Positions 39,230 to 49,216 of a stretch of 64,000 nt of DNA are shown in pieces. The notes beneath the pieces were generated by a model that worked only from the letters and a program-made list of their open reading frames with translations, made no database searches and was not told the origin of the DNA. The position numbers were made by a program, and so were the translations under genes. The stretch covers positions 1 through 64,000 of the forward strand of contig NZ_JBDKWZ010000026.1 of NCBI RefSeq assembly GCF_039710355.1, given 5' to 3'. This DNA comes from Rapidithrix thailandica (GTDB lineage: Bacteria > Bacteroidota > Bacteroidia > Cytophagales > Flammeovirgaceae). Numbering within the stretch: the first letter of the stretch is position 1; every line of letters starts with the position of its first letter.

Positions 39230-39543
39230 TCAATTTAGTTTAGATCCGTTGGGAGAAAGCACGATTTTCCCATGGCTTTTTACTCAAGATCCCAATTGTA
39301 ACGGCTTGGTTCATGAGTAGCTACCGGGTATACTTTGTAAGTTTTATCTCGGCTTCTCCCTGAGGTACAAGTACTATTTCATGTTACAATCATCAAATAT
39401 AATCAGATTGAAAATGTAAGCAAGGGCATTCCTTCAAGCATTTGCTGGAAAGTTATTATGCCCTTGTACGGATTTCTACCATCTTTCAAAAGATTGACAG
39501 GTCTGTCGAAAGTCTTATTCAAAAACCGGAGTGTGTTCATCCT

Positions 39544-39950
39544 TATTCCGCCAAAGCCTCCGATACGGCATGGCTGTCTTCCAATAAGCGGTATTTTACA
39601 ATTTGATCATTTTCTACCGTCATCTGAATGCAAAAAGGCGAATCTACCACCTGTTGGGTTTGTAGCACTTTTGTTGAAAACGCTCCAACAATGGCCGCCT
39701 TATCAGCATCTATAAATAAATGTTCAATGCTAGCAGATACCGGTTCCGCATTACTCTATAACAACTCGTAAAACGCGCCAATATCTTCCCGGTTCTTCCT
39801 TCTCCCCAGCCAGACTGCGCGTTGTTGATTGCCGGGGATATACCAATCGATTTCTTCTGAAAACAGCTTGACCAATCCGGATAAATTCCGATGGGTTAAA
39901 TGCTGTAAAAATTGTCGGACAACCTGTTTTGTTTTTTCGGTTTGCATCAT
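39544..39950 (-). pseudogene. SnoaL/NTF2-like family ORF interrupted by an in-frame TAG
   Basis: Minus-strand translation MMQTEKTKQVVRQFLQHL...EDIGAFYELL*SNAEPVSASIEHLFIDADKAAIVGAFSTKVLQTQQVVDSPFCIQMTVENDQIVKYRLLEDSHAVSEALAE stays in one frame across a TAG (plus cta at 39756-39758). Combined length (~135 aa) is typical for the fold. Confidence 0.5.
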
Positions 39951-40381
39951 TATTCTATGATTTGATTTTCTCTTGTACCGATACCGGTTTAGATGTAAAA
40001 ATCACTTCCAAATGCATAAGAAAAGGTGAGCGTATTTTTTACATGCCTCCTTCCCTTCAATCAATCTTCCTAATAAAGCTTTCAAGCTTCCCGGACAGTC
40101 GCTAAAATAAGGAAAAAGCACATACCTTTTCTCTTGGATAAAAAGCTATTTAAAAGAAAGTGATTTTCTGAAAAATTGTATTCAATAAAAACAAGTAAAG
40201 ATCCCTAAAAAATTGTATATTAAACAAATAAGCTTTAGTAATCCGCCAAAATAGTACTTGTCTAATAAGAAGTAAGAAAGAAGAGTGATAATTTCAAATT
40301 ATAACGTATAAGCGGTAGTACACCGGAATTTAAATTGTCGCTTTTTTTACAAACATTTATCGTCTTTCAAGCACCGTAATA

Positions 40382-41017
40382 TTGAAACACAAGACGGCAA
40401 ATAGTGTAAAGAAGAAACTCTTTGGTCAAAAGACATTGCAAAAGCGATTTGAAGCTGTATACAATCAACATTTTGACAAATTGTATACCTATGCCAAAAT
40501 CATCACCAAGTCGGAAGAAATGGCCAAAGATATTGTCGCTGATGTATTTTTTTACCTTTGGAAAAGGCAACCCGATTTCACTTCCATCAAGGAACTGGAT
40601 GCCTACCTCTTTATTTCAGTCAAAAACTTATCCATCCGGGCGGTAGCTAAAAAAACGAAAAGAGCCGTAAGTCTGAACCGGCATCATGCGACACAATGGA
40701 TAGAAGAACTCAACCCGGAAAAATTGCTGTTGGAGAAGGAATTGATGGAAGTCATGGACGGAGCCATTGATACGTTACCGGATCAATGCCAGCTTGTGTT
40801 TGACCTGGTAAAGGGCAAACACCTAAAATACAGTGAGGTAGCCAATGAATTAGGCATATCGGAAGGAACGGTAAAAAACCATATCATCAAAGCCCTAAAC
40901 CGAATCCGAAACAGGGTTACTGCTTACCTGGAACAAGACCAACAACCTATGTATGAACGCTCCGCATATTTAGGCTTACTAGCAGTATTTTTCACAAAAA
41001 TCATAGACTTGATATAG
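40382..41017 (+). CDS. RNA polymerase sigma-70 factor, ECF subfamily
   Basis: Region 2 (FEAVYNQHFDKLYTYAKIITKSEEMAKDIVADVFFYLW) and region 4 HTH (LKYSEVANELGISEGTVKNHIIKALNRIR). The start is a TTG in the ORF track and is uncertain. Confidence 0.85.
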   Translation: MKHKTANSVKKKLFGQKTLQKRFEAVYNQHFDKLYTYAKIITKSEEMAKDIVADVFFYLWKRQPDFTSIKELDAYLFISVKNLSIRAVAKKTKRAVSLNRHHATQWIEELNPEKLLLEKELMEVMDGAIDTLPDQCQLVFDLVKGKHLKYSEVANELGISEGTVKNHIIKALNRIRNRVTAYLEQDQQPMYERSAYLGLLAVFFTKIIDLI

Positions 41018-41207
41018 AAAAAACTACCTTTTAAAGGGTAATAAAAAAATAAACATCTCATAAAAAATATACCTATTTATTACGAACTATCTAATCCTCC
41101 CACCAAATAATTTCTGCCATTGTATTTATTCAAAGAAGGGTATGCCTTTTTACGTCCATTATACTTTTTAAAATAACTCCTGAACATTTTTACAAATGTA
41201 GATTCTA

Positions 41208-42188
41208 ATGGACGAGATCATTCTAAAATACCTTCGAAATAACATGCGTATTGAGGACCAATATAAATTGGCAGAATGGCTGAAACTAAACCAAAACAAC
41301 CGGCAAGTTCTCAACATGCTCAAGCACTATTGGGAAACACGGCAACAAGAGACGGAAGAGGCCAAAATCGAGGTTTGGGAACGGCTAAACAACCGCATCC
41401 ATAAAACACAGAAAACGGGAAAACAAATCAGGATCCGCTTGGGAGTAAACTTACTCCGTATCGCAGCAGTTCTGGCCATTGCATTATCCGTATCGATCTT
41501 CATGATCCGGTATGCCAACCAACCTCCACCTGAAACAGCATCCGTTCGACGGATCGAAAAGATTTGTTCTTATGGCCAACAACTCCGCCTTCAGTTGCCC
41601 GATGGAAGTAAAGTGCAACTCAATGCAGGGAGCAAATTATCCTTTCCGGAAAAGTTTACAGGCAATGTCCGAAAAGTGAAGCTAACAGGAGAAGCTTATT
41701 TTGAAATAGAAAAAAATGCCGGACAGCCTTTTACCGTACGCTCCGGAGAACTGGAAGTAACCGTACTCGGAACCTCCTTTAACCTCCGGGCCTACCAAGA
41801 AGAAGAAAACATTCAGGTGGCTGTTAACAACGGAAAAGTGGCGGTCAGGCCAAAACCATCAGAGAAGACGATCATTCTGACAGATATGGAGATGGCCATT
41901 TATGATAAAATACTGAAAACTACAGAAAAAAGCCCTTGTGAAAACCCGAAAGCAGTTTTTAGTTGGAAAGAGAAAGTACTCTATTTTGAGAAGGCAAATT
42001 TTGCGGAAATCATCAAACGGTTAGAAAAGTGGTATGGTGTCCGGTTTCAAATCGATAAAAAAGTGGATATGAAAAAAGATGTTTCCGGTGAATTTCAAAA
42101 GAAGTCCTTAGAGGATGTGTTAGAAGGACTCTCTTTTATCTATGAGTTTGAATTTGAAATACAAGATAATGTAGTCATCATAAATTGA
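41208..42188 (+). CDS. FecR family anti-sigma factor
   Basis: 326 aa. Single TM (LLRIAAVLAIALSVSIFMI). Periplasmic FecR domain (VQLNAGSKLSFPEKF...VKLTGEAYFEIEKNAGQPFTVRSGELEVTVLGTSFNL) and DUF4974-like C-terminus. Confidence 0.85.
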   Translation: MDEIILKYLRNNMRIEDQYKLAEWLKLNQNNRQVLNMLKHYWETRQQETEEAKIEVWERLNNRIHKTQKTGKQIRIRLGVNLLRIAAVLAIALSVSIFMIRYANQPPPETASVRRIEKICSYGQQLRLQLPDGSKVQLNAGSKLSFPEKFTGNVRKVKLTGEAYFEIEKNAGQPFTVRSGELEVTVLGTSFNLRAYQEEENIQVAVNNGKVAVRPKPSEKTIILTDMEMAIYDKILKTTEKSPCENPKAVFSWKEKVLYFEKANFAEIIKRLEKWYGVRFQIDKKVDMKKDVSGEFQKKSLEDVLEGLSFIYEFEFEIQDNVVIIN

Positions 42189-42504
42189 AAACCATGAACC
42201 TGATCTATGACAGCAGTTAAAGTAGGAAAAATACTGTAATGGAGGCCAGACGCAACAGAGGCCGGAGAGCGAAAGAAAGTCACGCTTTTAAGGAAACAGG
42301 AAAAACGCATAAGGCTGAAAGGAGCTACCTAAAAAGCCAAAAGTACATAAAATGCCACGAAGATTCTAAATCACAAATTTTTGATTTACAATCGGCCAAC
42401 CTAGTGCCTTTGTGGTTATATCTCGGCTTTTTAGACAGCCTCATTCTACAAGTAAAAGCGTTAGATGTCTCTGATCATATCAAATTACTTAAAAAACTAA
42501 CCCC

Positions 42505-45500
42505 ATGAAAACAAACTTACCAGGTGTTCTATTCAGAATCAATAAATGTGCTTTGTATAGCATCGTGTTTCAAGTTCTGTTTCATTCATTTGCCATTGCC
42601 ACCGACAAAGTTTCCCCCAAAGAAAGCCTGGAAGAAATCACAACTTCCATAGGTTTTGATAAAGTAAAACTCGGAGAAGCTCTCCGGGTACTTGAAAAAG
42701 CTACCGGTTTTCAATTTACTTACCGCGAAAGCAAAATCCCAAAAACCACCGTCACGATTAAGAAAGAGAAAAGGTCTTTGGCCGATTTGCTCCGATCCAT
42801 TTCCGGGCAATCCGGAGTGGCTTTCAAACGGGTGGACAACATTATCTATGTAAAACCAATAGAAAAAGCCGGGGAAATCATTATAGAACTGCCCACGGAA
42901 AAAGAAGTAAGTATTTCAGGAAAAGTAACGGATGAAGGCGGAGAGCCCTTGCCCGGGGTCAATATCTTGGTAAAGCAAACGACCATTGGAACGGTGACGG
43001 ATATCGATGGCAATTACCGCTTAAGTGTACCGGAGGATGCAACCACATTAGTCTTTTCATCTGTGGGATACATGAGCAAAGAAGTGGAAATCAATCACCG
43101 GAAAGTGATTGATATGGTGATGGATACAGACACGAAAACGCTAGACGAGATTGTGGTCGTCGGATATGGAACACAGAGAAAAGTAAACCTCACAGGAGCC
43201 GTCAGCACGGTAAATACCGAAGAATTGGAAGGCCAGCCGGCGATCAATGTCGCCTCTTCACTGCAAGGACGTATGCCCGGGGTCTATATCACCCAAAGCT
43301 CCGGTTTGCCCGGGCGGGAAGGTGTGGATATATTGATCCGGGGAGTGGGCACGATGAACAATTCCAACCCCATGATTTTAATTGACGGGCTGGAGTCTAC
43401 ACAAGCCGCCTTGTCTGCCATCAATCCCAATGATATCGAAAACCTGAGTGTGTTAAAAGATGCCGCGGCAGCTTCTATTTACGGCACCCGGGCCGCCAAT
43501 GGAGTCATACTGGTGACGACCAAACGGGGAAAAGGCAAACCCACCATCTCGTATAATGCCAGCTTTGGCGTGCAAAAAGCCACCCGGCTTCCCGACCACG
43601 TATCTTCCGCAGACTATGCCCGCTTGTTAAATGAAGCCAATATCAATGAAGGAAAGGCCCCGATATACACCGATGATGAAATCCGGAAATTTGAAACCGG
43701 CGAAGATCCCTTTAACTACCCTAATACTGACTGGGTTGATCTAATGTTTTCCAAAGCAGGCTTTTATCACAATCATGATGTAAGCCTTTCCGGAGGAAGC
43801 GACATGTCAAAATACAGAATTTCGCTGGAGTACCTTGATCAGGATGGGATTATGGAAGTCAGCAATCACAAACGCTACAACCTGCGGATCAATCTCGACA
43901 ATAAAGTTACGAAGTGGTTGAACATGGGTTTGAATGCCAGTCTCACACACAATGACTTTTTGGAGCCCGTGCCTTCCATTCAGAACGGAGTGCGAGAGTT
44001 TTTCAGACAGGCCAATATGATCCCGCCTACTGTTGCCAACAAGTATGAGGATGGCACCTTTCAAGCCTGGTCCAATGGCAATCCTATTGCCTGGTTAGAT
44101 GCCGGAAGTAATTTACGAAGAAAAAACTACAATTTTTTAGGCAGTATTTTCGGAGAAGTAACCTTAATGGAAGGCCTTACCTTGAAAGGAATAATGGGTG
44201 CTAACTTTAGTCTGGATGATGACAAAAGACATAAAAAGGTAGTGCACTATGGAGACGGTACTACACAAGGCCCTACCCAAGTCACCGATGTCAACAGGCG
44301 CAACCGGACCATTTACTTACAGAGTTATCTCAATTATGAAAAAACCATCCGGGCCCATGAATTCAAAGTGATGTTGGGGGTTTCCAGCCAGTCGGAAGAG
44401 TACAATGAAAATTCCGCTTTCCGGAATAACTTTCCGTCCAACGAGCTCAATCAACTGGATGTAGGAGATATTGAAGGAATGCGCAACGGAGGAAATGCCT
44501 TTGAAGTAAAGCTCGCTTCCTACTTCGGGAGGGTCAATTATATTCTGGCAGGCAAATACCTTTTCGAAATCAACACCCGGATAGACGGCTCTTCAAAATT
44601 TGCACCGGATTACCGTTGGGGAACCTTCCCTTCATTTTCCGTTGGTTGGAGGGTTTCCGAAGAGCGTTTTATGAAAGCTATCAACTGGGTGGAAGAACTG
44701 AAAATCAGGACTTCCTGGGGAAAATTAGGAAACCACAACATCGACAACTATCTCTACATTGCCCGGTTTGCCCTCGGTCAAAACTACCCCTTTGGCGGAG
44801 GGATGCACAGCGGTGCCGCCCAAGTAGTTGCAGATGTTCCGGACATTAGCTGGGAAACATCCACCGAATTTAACATCGGAATAGATGCCGGCTTTTTCAA
44901 CAACAAGCTTTCTCTAAGTCTTGATTACTACAACCGCCTTACCGAAGATATTTTAGTCAATGTACCGGTATCCGTAGTGTATGGCCTGCCGGCCCCCACT
45001 GTCAATGACGGTTCTATGAGAAACCGGGGAATAGAAGTCTTATTGACTCACCGAAATGCCATTGGCCAACTGAACTACAGTGTCTCCGTAAACGGCACTT
45101 ACAATAAAAACAAAGTGATACGCCTGGCAAACCCCTCCAAAGGCGGTTTGATTCGAGTAGAAGGAGAACCCTGGAACTCTTACTTCGGATACGAACATAT
45201 CGGCTTTCATCAGACGGATGACGATGCAGATTCAGAACCGCATATTGCCGGCTTGCCAGTGAAAGCCGGAGACTTGAAATACAAAGACCAGGACGGCAAT
45301 GGTGTAATTGATGACAACGACCGGGTAGTGTTGGGAAATACCATTCCGGAATTTACCTACGGATTGAGTATTACCATGGACTATAAGGGCTTTGACCTCT
45401 CAGCTTTCTTTCAAGGAGCCGAAAAGGTATACCGTACCTTGGGAGGTAATATAGAATGGCCTTTTGCCGACGGAGGTTCTGCTTTAGCAGCCCATTTGGA

Positions 45501-45855
45501 CCGTACCCTTGTAGAAAACGGAGCCATTGTAAAAGAAGGACATTACCCCCGCACCTTATTGGGAGGACCCAGAAATCTCAATGCCCAGATGAGTTCTTTT
45601 GTCGTGCACGATGCCAGTTACCTCCGGATGAAAAACTTGCAGATTGGCTATAACCTTCCCAAAACACTGCTTGAAAAAATTCACTTGTCCAAAGCCAGGA
45701 TCTATGTAAGCGGACAAAACCTGTTCACCATTACTTCGTTTCCTTCGGATTTCGATCCGGAAGTGTATGGCGACTGGACCACTGCAAGCGGCTCGGCCAA
45801 CTACCGGTACCCTCAAGTGAAATTTTATATGATGGGATTCAATCTAACCTTCTAA
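42505..45855 (+). CDS. SusC/RagA family TonB-dependent outer-membrane transporter with N-terminal STN signalling extension
   Basis: 1116 aa. STN-like segment (LEEITTSIGFDKVKLGEALRVLEKATGFQFTYRE), CarbopepD_reg-like domain (VSISGKVTDEGGEPLPGVNILVKQTTIGTVTDIDGNY), plug (TonB box DEIVVVGYGTQRK), and a C-terminal beta-barrel ending in F. Confidence 0.9.
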   Translation: MKTNLPGVLFRINKCALYSIVFQVLFHSFAIATDKVSPKESLEEITTSIGFDKVKLGEALRVLEKATGFQFTYRESKIPKTTVTIKKEKRSLADLLRSISGQSGVAFKRVDNIIYVKPIEKAGEIIIELPTEKEVSISGKVTDEGGEPLPGVNILVKQTTIGTVTDIDGNYRLSVPEDATTLVFSSVGYMSKEVEINHRKVIDMVMDTDTKTLDEIVVVGYGTQRKVNLTGAVSTVNTEELEGQPAINVASSLQGRMPGVYITQSSGLPGREGVDILIRGVGTMNNSNPMILIDGLESTQAALSAINPNDIENLSVLKDAAAASIYGTRAANGVILVTTKRGKGKPTISYNASFGVQKATRLPDHVSSADYARLLNEANINEGKAPIYTDDEIRKFETGEDPFNYPNTDWVDLMFSKAGFYHNHDVSLSGGSDMSKYRISLEYLDQDGIMEVSNHKRYNLRINLDNKVTKWLNMGLNASLTHNDFLEPVPSIQNGVREFFRQANMIPPTVANKYEDGTFQAWSNGNPIAWLDAGSNLRRKNYNFLGSIFGEVTLMEGLTLKGIMGANFSLDDDKRHKKVVHYGDGTTQGPTQVTDVNRRNRTIYLQSYLNYEKTIRAHEFKVMLGVSSQSEEYNENSAFRNNFPSNELNQLDVGDIEGMRNGGNAFEVKLASYFGRVNYILAGKYLFEINTRIDGSSKFAPDYRWGTFPSFSVGWRVSEERFMKAINWVEELKIRTSWGKLGNHNIDNYLYIARFALGQNYPFGGGMHSGAAQVVADVPDISWETSTEFNIGIDAGFFNNKLSLSLDYYNRLTEDILVNVPVSVVYGLPAPTVNDGSMRNRGIEVLLTHRNAIGQLNYSVSVNGTYNKNKVIRLANPSKGGLIRVEGEPWNSYFGYEHIGFHQTDDDADSEPHIAGLPVKAGDLKYKDQDGNGVIDDNDRVVLGNTIPEFTYGLSITMDYKGFDLSAFFQGAEKVYRTLGGNIEWPFADGGSALAAHLDRTLVENGAIVKEGHYPRTLLGGPRNLNAQMSSFVVHDASYLRMKNLQIGYNLPKTLLEKIHLSKARIYVSGQNLFTITSFPSDFDPEVYGDWTTASGSANYRYPQVKFYMMGFNLTF

Positions 45856-45862
45856 ACATCCG

Positions 45863-47446
45863 ATGACAATGAAAAAATATATATGCATATACATGGCTAT
45901 CATCGTACTTAATGCCTGTACTACGGATTACCTGGATGTATCGCCCTTAAATGAGGTTTCCGATGCAACTTTTTGGAAGACCGAAGAAGATGCGGAATTG
46001 GCCTTGGCCGGATGTTACAATATGTGGGAAACCTGGAGTAACATTATCTTTCTGGATGCCATGAGCGACAATGCCTACGATCAGCATTTTGCCTGGCAAT
46101 TGCTTGGGAACGGCCAATTCCTGCCTTCTACCTATTTCCCCAATTGGTACGACTCCAATACAGCCCGTTGGTTTTTGTACACTAAAATCAGAAAGTATAA
46201 CAGTTTTTTGATAAAAATTGACGGAGTAGAAATGGATGAAGATCTGAAAGAACAGTACAAAGCCGAAGTCCGTTTCCTCAGGGCTTACGACTATTTCAAC
46301 AAAGCCATGTTCTACGGAGACATTCCTTTGGTCACAAAAATATTGCCACCGGATGCCATTGTTGCACGAACGCCTGTTGCGGAAGTCAATCAATTTATCT
46401 TAGAGGAATTAGCAGAGATCAGCACGCTGTTACCGGCACAAAATAACATTGCATCGGGAGGGCATATTACTGCCGGTGCGGCCCTTGCTTTAAAAGCCCG
46501 CTTGGAATTGTACCTGGGTATGTACGAAGAAGCTATGGAAGATGCGCAAAAAGTCATAGACATGGATTATGAATTGTATCCGGACTACAGGAACCTGTTT
46601 TTACCGGGTAACGGAGAAAATAACAAGGAAGCGATTTTACAAATTAACTATATCAAAAACTTCATTCCCAATCGCTTTTTCCCTCAGTTATTTATGCCCC
46701 GGACAGAAGGGGGTTGGTCTACTCTGAATGGCACCAAAAGTTTGGTCGATACCTATGAAATGCTCAGTGGCAAACCCATTGACGACCCTACTTCCGGCTA
46801 TGATCCGGATCAACCTTTTGCCAACCGCGACCTCCGGCTGGCCATGACCTTGAACTATACCGGGCAAGAATGGAATGGCAGGTACTACAACGCCTTGGAT
46901 CAATTTCTACCGGATGGCAGTAAAAACCCTGATTATCACAACGAAGGAAATGCCTCCCGGGCAGGAATGAATATCAAAAAATATATCAAACCGATTTCAT
47001 TATCTGACAACCAACTGTACGATGTCAATGTACAGGTCATCCGGCTGGCGGAAATGTATCTTACCTATGCCGAAGCCGCGGTAGAACTGGGCAAAAATAC
47101 CGACTATGCCCTTACCTTGATTAACCAACTGAGAGACAGAGGGGGACTACCACCTGCCGCCAACCTCACCCAGGCATTGGTGCGCAGAGAAAGAAGGGTA
47201 GAATTGGCCTTGGAAGGTTTGAGGTTCTTTGACATCAAACGATGGGACATCGGTGCTACAGCACTGAATGGCCCTGTATACGGCAGCCCTTTGGGTTCCT
47301 TGAACTATAACACCGGTGAAGTAACCTGGTCTTCCGAACTCATCAAGCTAGAAGACCGCACTTTTTATCCCGAACGAAACTATCTGTTGCCTATTCCGCT
47401 CTATGAGATTGATGTTTCCGGCATGACACAAAACCCTGGTTATTAA
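45863..47446 (+). CDS. RagB/SusD family nutrient-binding outer-membrane lipoprotein
   Basis: 527 aa. Lipoprotein signal (IVLNACTTDY). SusD-like TPR helices (RFLRAYDYFNKAMFYGDIPL; IRLAEMYLTYAEAAVELGK). Immediately downstream of SusC. Confidence 0.9.
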   Translation: MTMKKYICIYMAIIVLNACTTDYLDVSPLNEVSDATFWKTEEDAELALAGCYNMWETWSNIIFLDAMSDNAYDQHFAWQLLGNGQFLPSTYFPNWYDSNTARWFLYTKIRKYNSFLIKIDGVEMDEDLKEQYKAEVRFLRAYDYFNKAMFYGDIPLVTKILPPDAIVARTPVAEVNQFILEELAEISTLLPAQNNIASGGHITAGAALALKARLELYLGMYEEAMEDAQKVIDMDYELYPDYRNLFLPGNGENNKEAILQINYIKNFIPNRFFPQLFMPRTEGGWSTLNGTKSLVDTYEMLSGKPIDDPTSGYDPDQPFANRDLRLAMTLNYTGQEWNGRYYNALDQFLPDGSKNPDYHNEGNASRAGMNIKKYIKPISLSDNQLYDVNVQVIRLAEMYLTYAEAAVELGKNTDYALTLINQLRDRGGLPPAANLTQALVRRERRVELALEGLRFFDIKRWDIGATALNGPVYGSPLGSLNYNTGEVTWSSELIKLEDRTFYPERNYLLPIPLYEIDVSGMTQNPGY

Positions 47447-47871
47447 ACTACAATTCCCTTGAAGCAAGAGAAAGGGAGTGTTGGGTGGTTAATAAAACAC
47501 ATATAAGTCGGTACCTATAATTAGAGAAAAGTAAGAATGTTAGCCACTTCAACCTTCCTTTCCTTGATAAGAAAAAACAAGCTTGTCAAGCGCTTTTTGC
47601 AATTATAAATCAACTAACTTCCTCTCCTTGGTCAGGGGCATATTTACAAAAGGTAATTAGCAAGGGGGCTAGAACAAACCCTTGTACAACCGTTGATTTC
47701 ACAGCCCCCTTTGCCCTTTTCTATATAGGAGGGGAAGTTTTGAACTTATTTTTTCAGGAACCTGAACCAGGGATACCGATGGACCTTAATCCGTTTGAAA
47801 AGATTTGTTCTACCAACCAAATAGCCAATTCCAGACTTCTCTAAATATTTTACCATTGCATCAACATCAGT

Positions 47872-49179
47872 ATGAAATGCTTCATAAAACAAACAATACT
47901 TCTCCTGACCGCCTCAAGTCTATACATTTCAGCAATGGGGCAACAAACCTCTCAAGCATCAGGTATTAAGGAAGAATATCCGGTCTTTCAAATGCAGGAG
48001 TTTCATCTACGTAACGGACTGCCCAATATCTTCCACAAAATAGAACATCAAAGGCAAGTCCGTATCGGGTATATTGGCGGCAGCATTACCGCAGCGGAAA
48101 ACGGCTGGCGTGCGCTTACCTTTCACTGGTTCCAACTGACGTTTCCCCATACGGCATTCTATCAGGTCGATGCAACGGTTGGAGGGACAGGTTCCGGCTT
48201 GGGTGTCTTTCGCATGGAAAGGGATGTACTTTCTCAAAAGCCGGACCTGCTTTTTGTGGAATTTGCCGTCAATGATGCCAGTGAAACCCGGGAGAGTATA
48301 CTCCGTTCCATGGAAGGCCTGATTCGCAAAACCCGGATTGCCCTTCCTCATACGGATATCTGCCTGGTATATACTACTGCAACTCCTTTTTGTGAAGACT
48401 TGGCAAAAGGCAAACCCCATCTTGCTTCGGAAGCCATGGAAGAACTTGCCCGGCATTATGGCATTCCGTCCATTCATATGGGAATGGAAATTGCCCGCTT
48501 ATATGCCCAAGGCAAGCTAACCCTCACCGCCCCCGCAGAGGAGAATGCCCGGACCATCGTTTTTACCGATGATAACTACCACCCTCTGACGGAATCGGGC
48601 CATCCCTTATACGCCAGTGTCGTTGTAAAATACCTGAACGAAATGCGTAAAGACTCCAGGAAAAAAAAGTATTTCCTCCCTTCTCCTTATGTAAAAGACC
48701 ATTGGCAACAAGCTCGTATGCTGGAAGTGTCGCAAACCGAATTACAAGGAGACTGGACAAGCCTTTCGGAAGAGCAAGATCTCAACAGAGAATTTGAAGC
48801 GTTTGTGGGAGGCTACCCACCTCTTGTGTATAAAGGGCAACCCGGAGCCGTGATGACGTTTTCTTTCAAAGGACATATCCTGGGGTTTTACGATTGTGTA
48901 GGTCCAAAAACCGGACTCATCGAGCTAAGCATCGATGGAGAAAAACAGGAAATCAGTCGGTTTGACCGCTGGTGCAAAGACTTTCGAAAACATAATTTCT
49001 TTGTAAAAGAACTCCACGAGGGGGTGCACAAAGTGGAAATAAAGGTACTTGACAAAACCATTGACAAAGCCGCAGAACTTCGGAAGAAGGGAGTCAAAAT
49101 GCAAAACCCGGAAAAATTCGCCGAAACCAACTGGTATCCGGTCAGCCTCTTGATCGTTGGAAAGCTCCTAAAACAGTAA
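47872..49179 (+). CDS. SGNH/GDSL-type hydrolase family protein (putative carbohydrate esterase)
   Basis: Signal peptide. Block I GYIGGSIT (catalytic Ser context). Block-III-like VEFAVNDAS. Extra C-terminal ~150-aa domain. Confidence 0.6.
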   Translation: MKCFIKQTILLLTASSLYISAMGQQTSQASGIKEEYPVFQMQEFHLRNGLPNIFHKIEHQRQVRIGYIGGSITAAENGWRALTFHWFQLTFPHTAFYQVDATVGGTGSGLGVFRMERDVLSQKPDLLFVEFAVNDASETRESILRSMEGLIRKTRIALPHTDICLVYTTATPFCEDLAKGKPHLASEAMEELARHYGIPSIHMGMEIARLYAQGKLTLTAPAEENARTIVFTDDNYHPLTESGHPLYASVVVKYLNEMRKDSRKKKYFLPSPYVKDHWQQARMLEVSQTELQGDWTSLSEEQDLNREFEAFVGGYPPLVYKGQPGAVMTFSFKGHILGFYDCVGPKTGLIELSIDGEKQEISRFDRWCKDFRKHNFFVKELHEGVHKVEIKVLDKTIDKAAELRKKGVKMQNPEKFAETNWYPVSLLIVGKLLKQ

Positions 49180-49216
49180 ATACAACAACATTTATTTCAT
49201 CAACCCGGTAGAGACT

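Noticed and set aside
39230-39420. Possible Moco riboswitch in the modA leader
   Set aside because: I could not recognise the conserved Moco-RNA elements by eye, and the motif is rare in Bacteroidota. It would need a cmsearch to evaluate.
26953-39758. Genome-wide TAG (amber) codon reassignment as the explanation for the two in-frame TAGs
   Set aside because: TAG functions as the terminator of confidently called genes in the same window (for example the GNAT gene ending at 15079-15081). Almost all long ORFs are TAG-free, so isolated nonsense mutations are more parsimonious.
42239-42508. 89-aa K/R-rich ORF immediately upstream of SusC
   Set aside because: No signal peptide or motif. It probably lies in the SusC 5' leader or promoter region, and its composition resembles random AT-rich translation.
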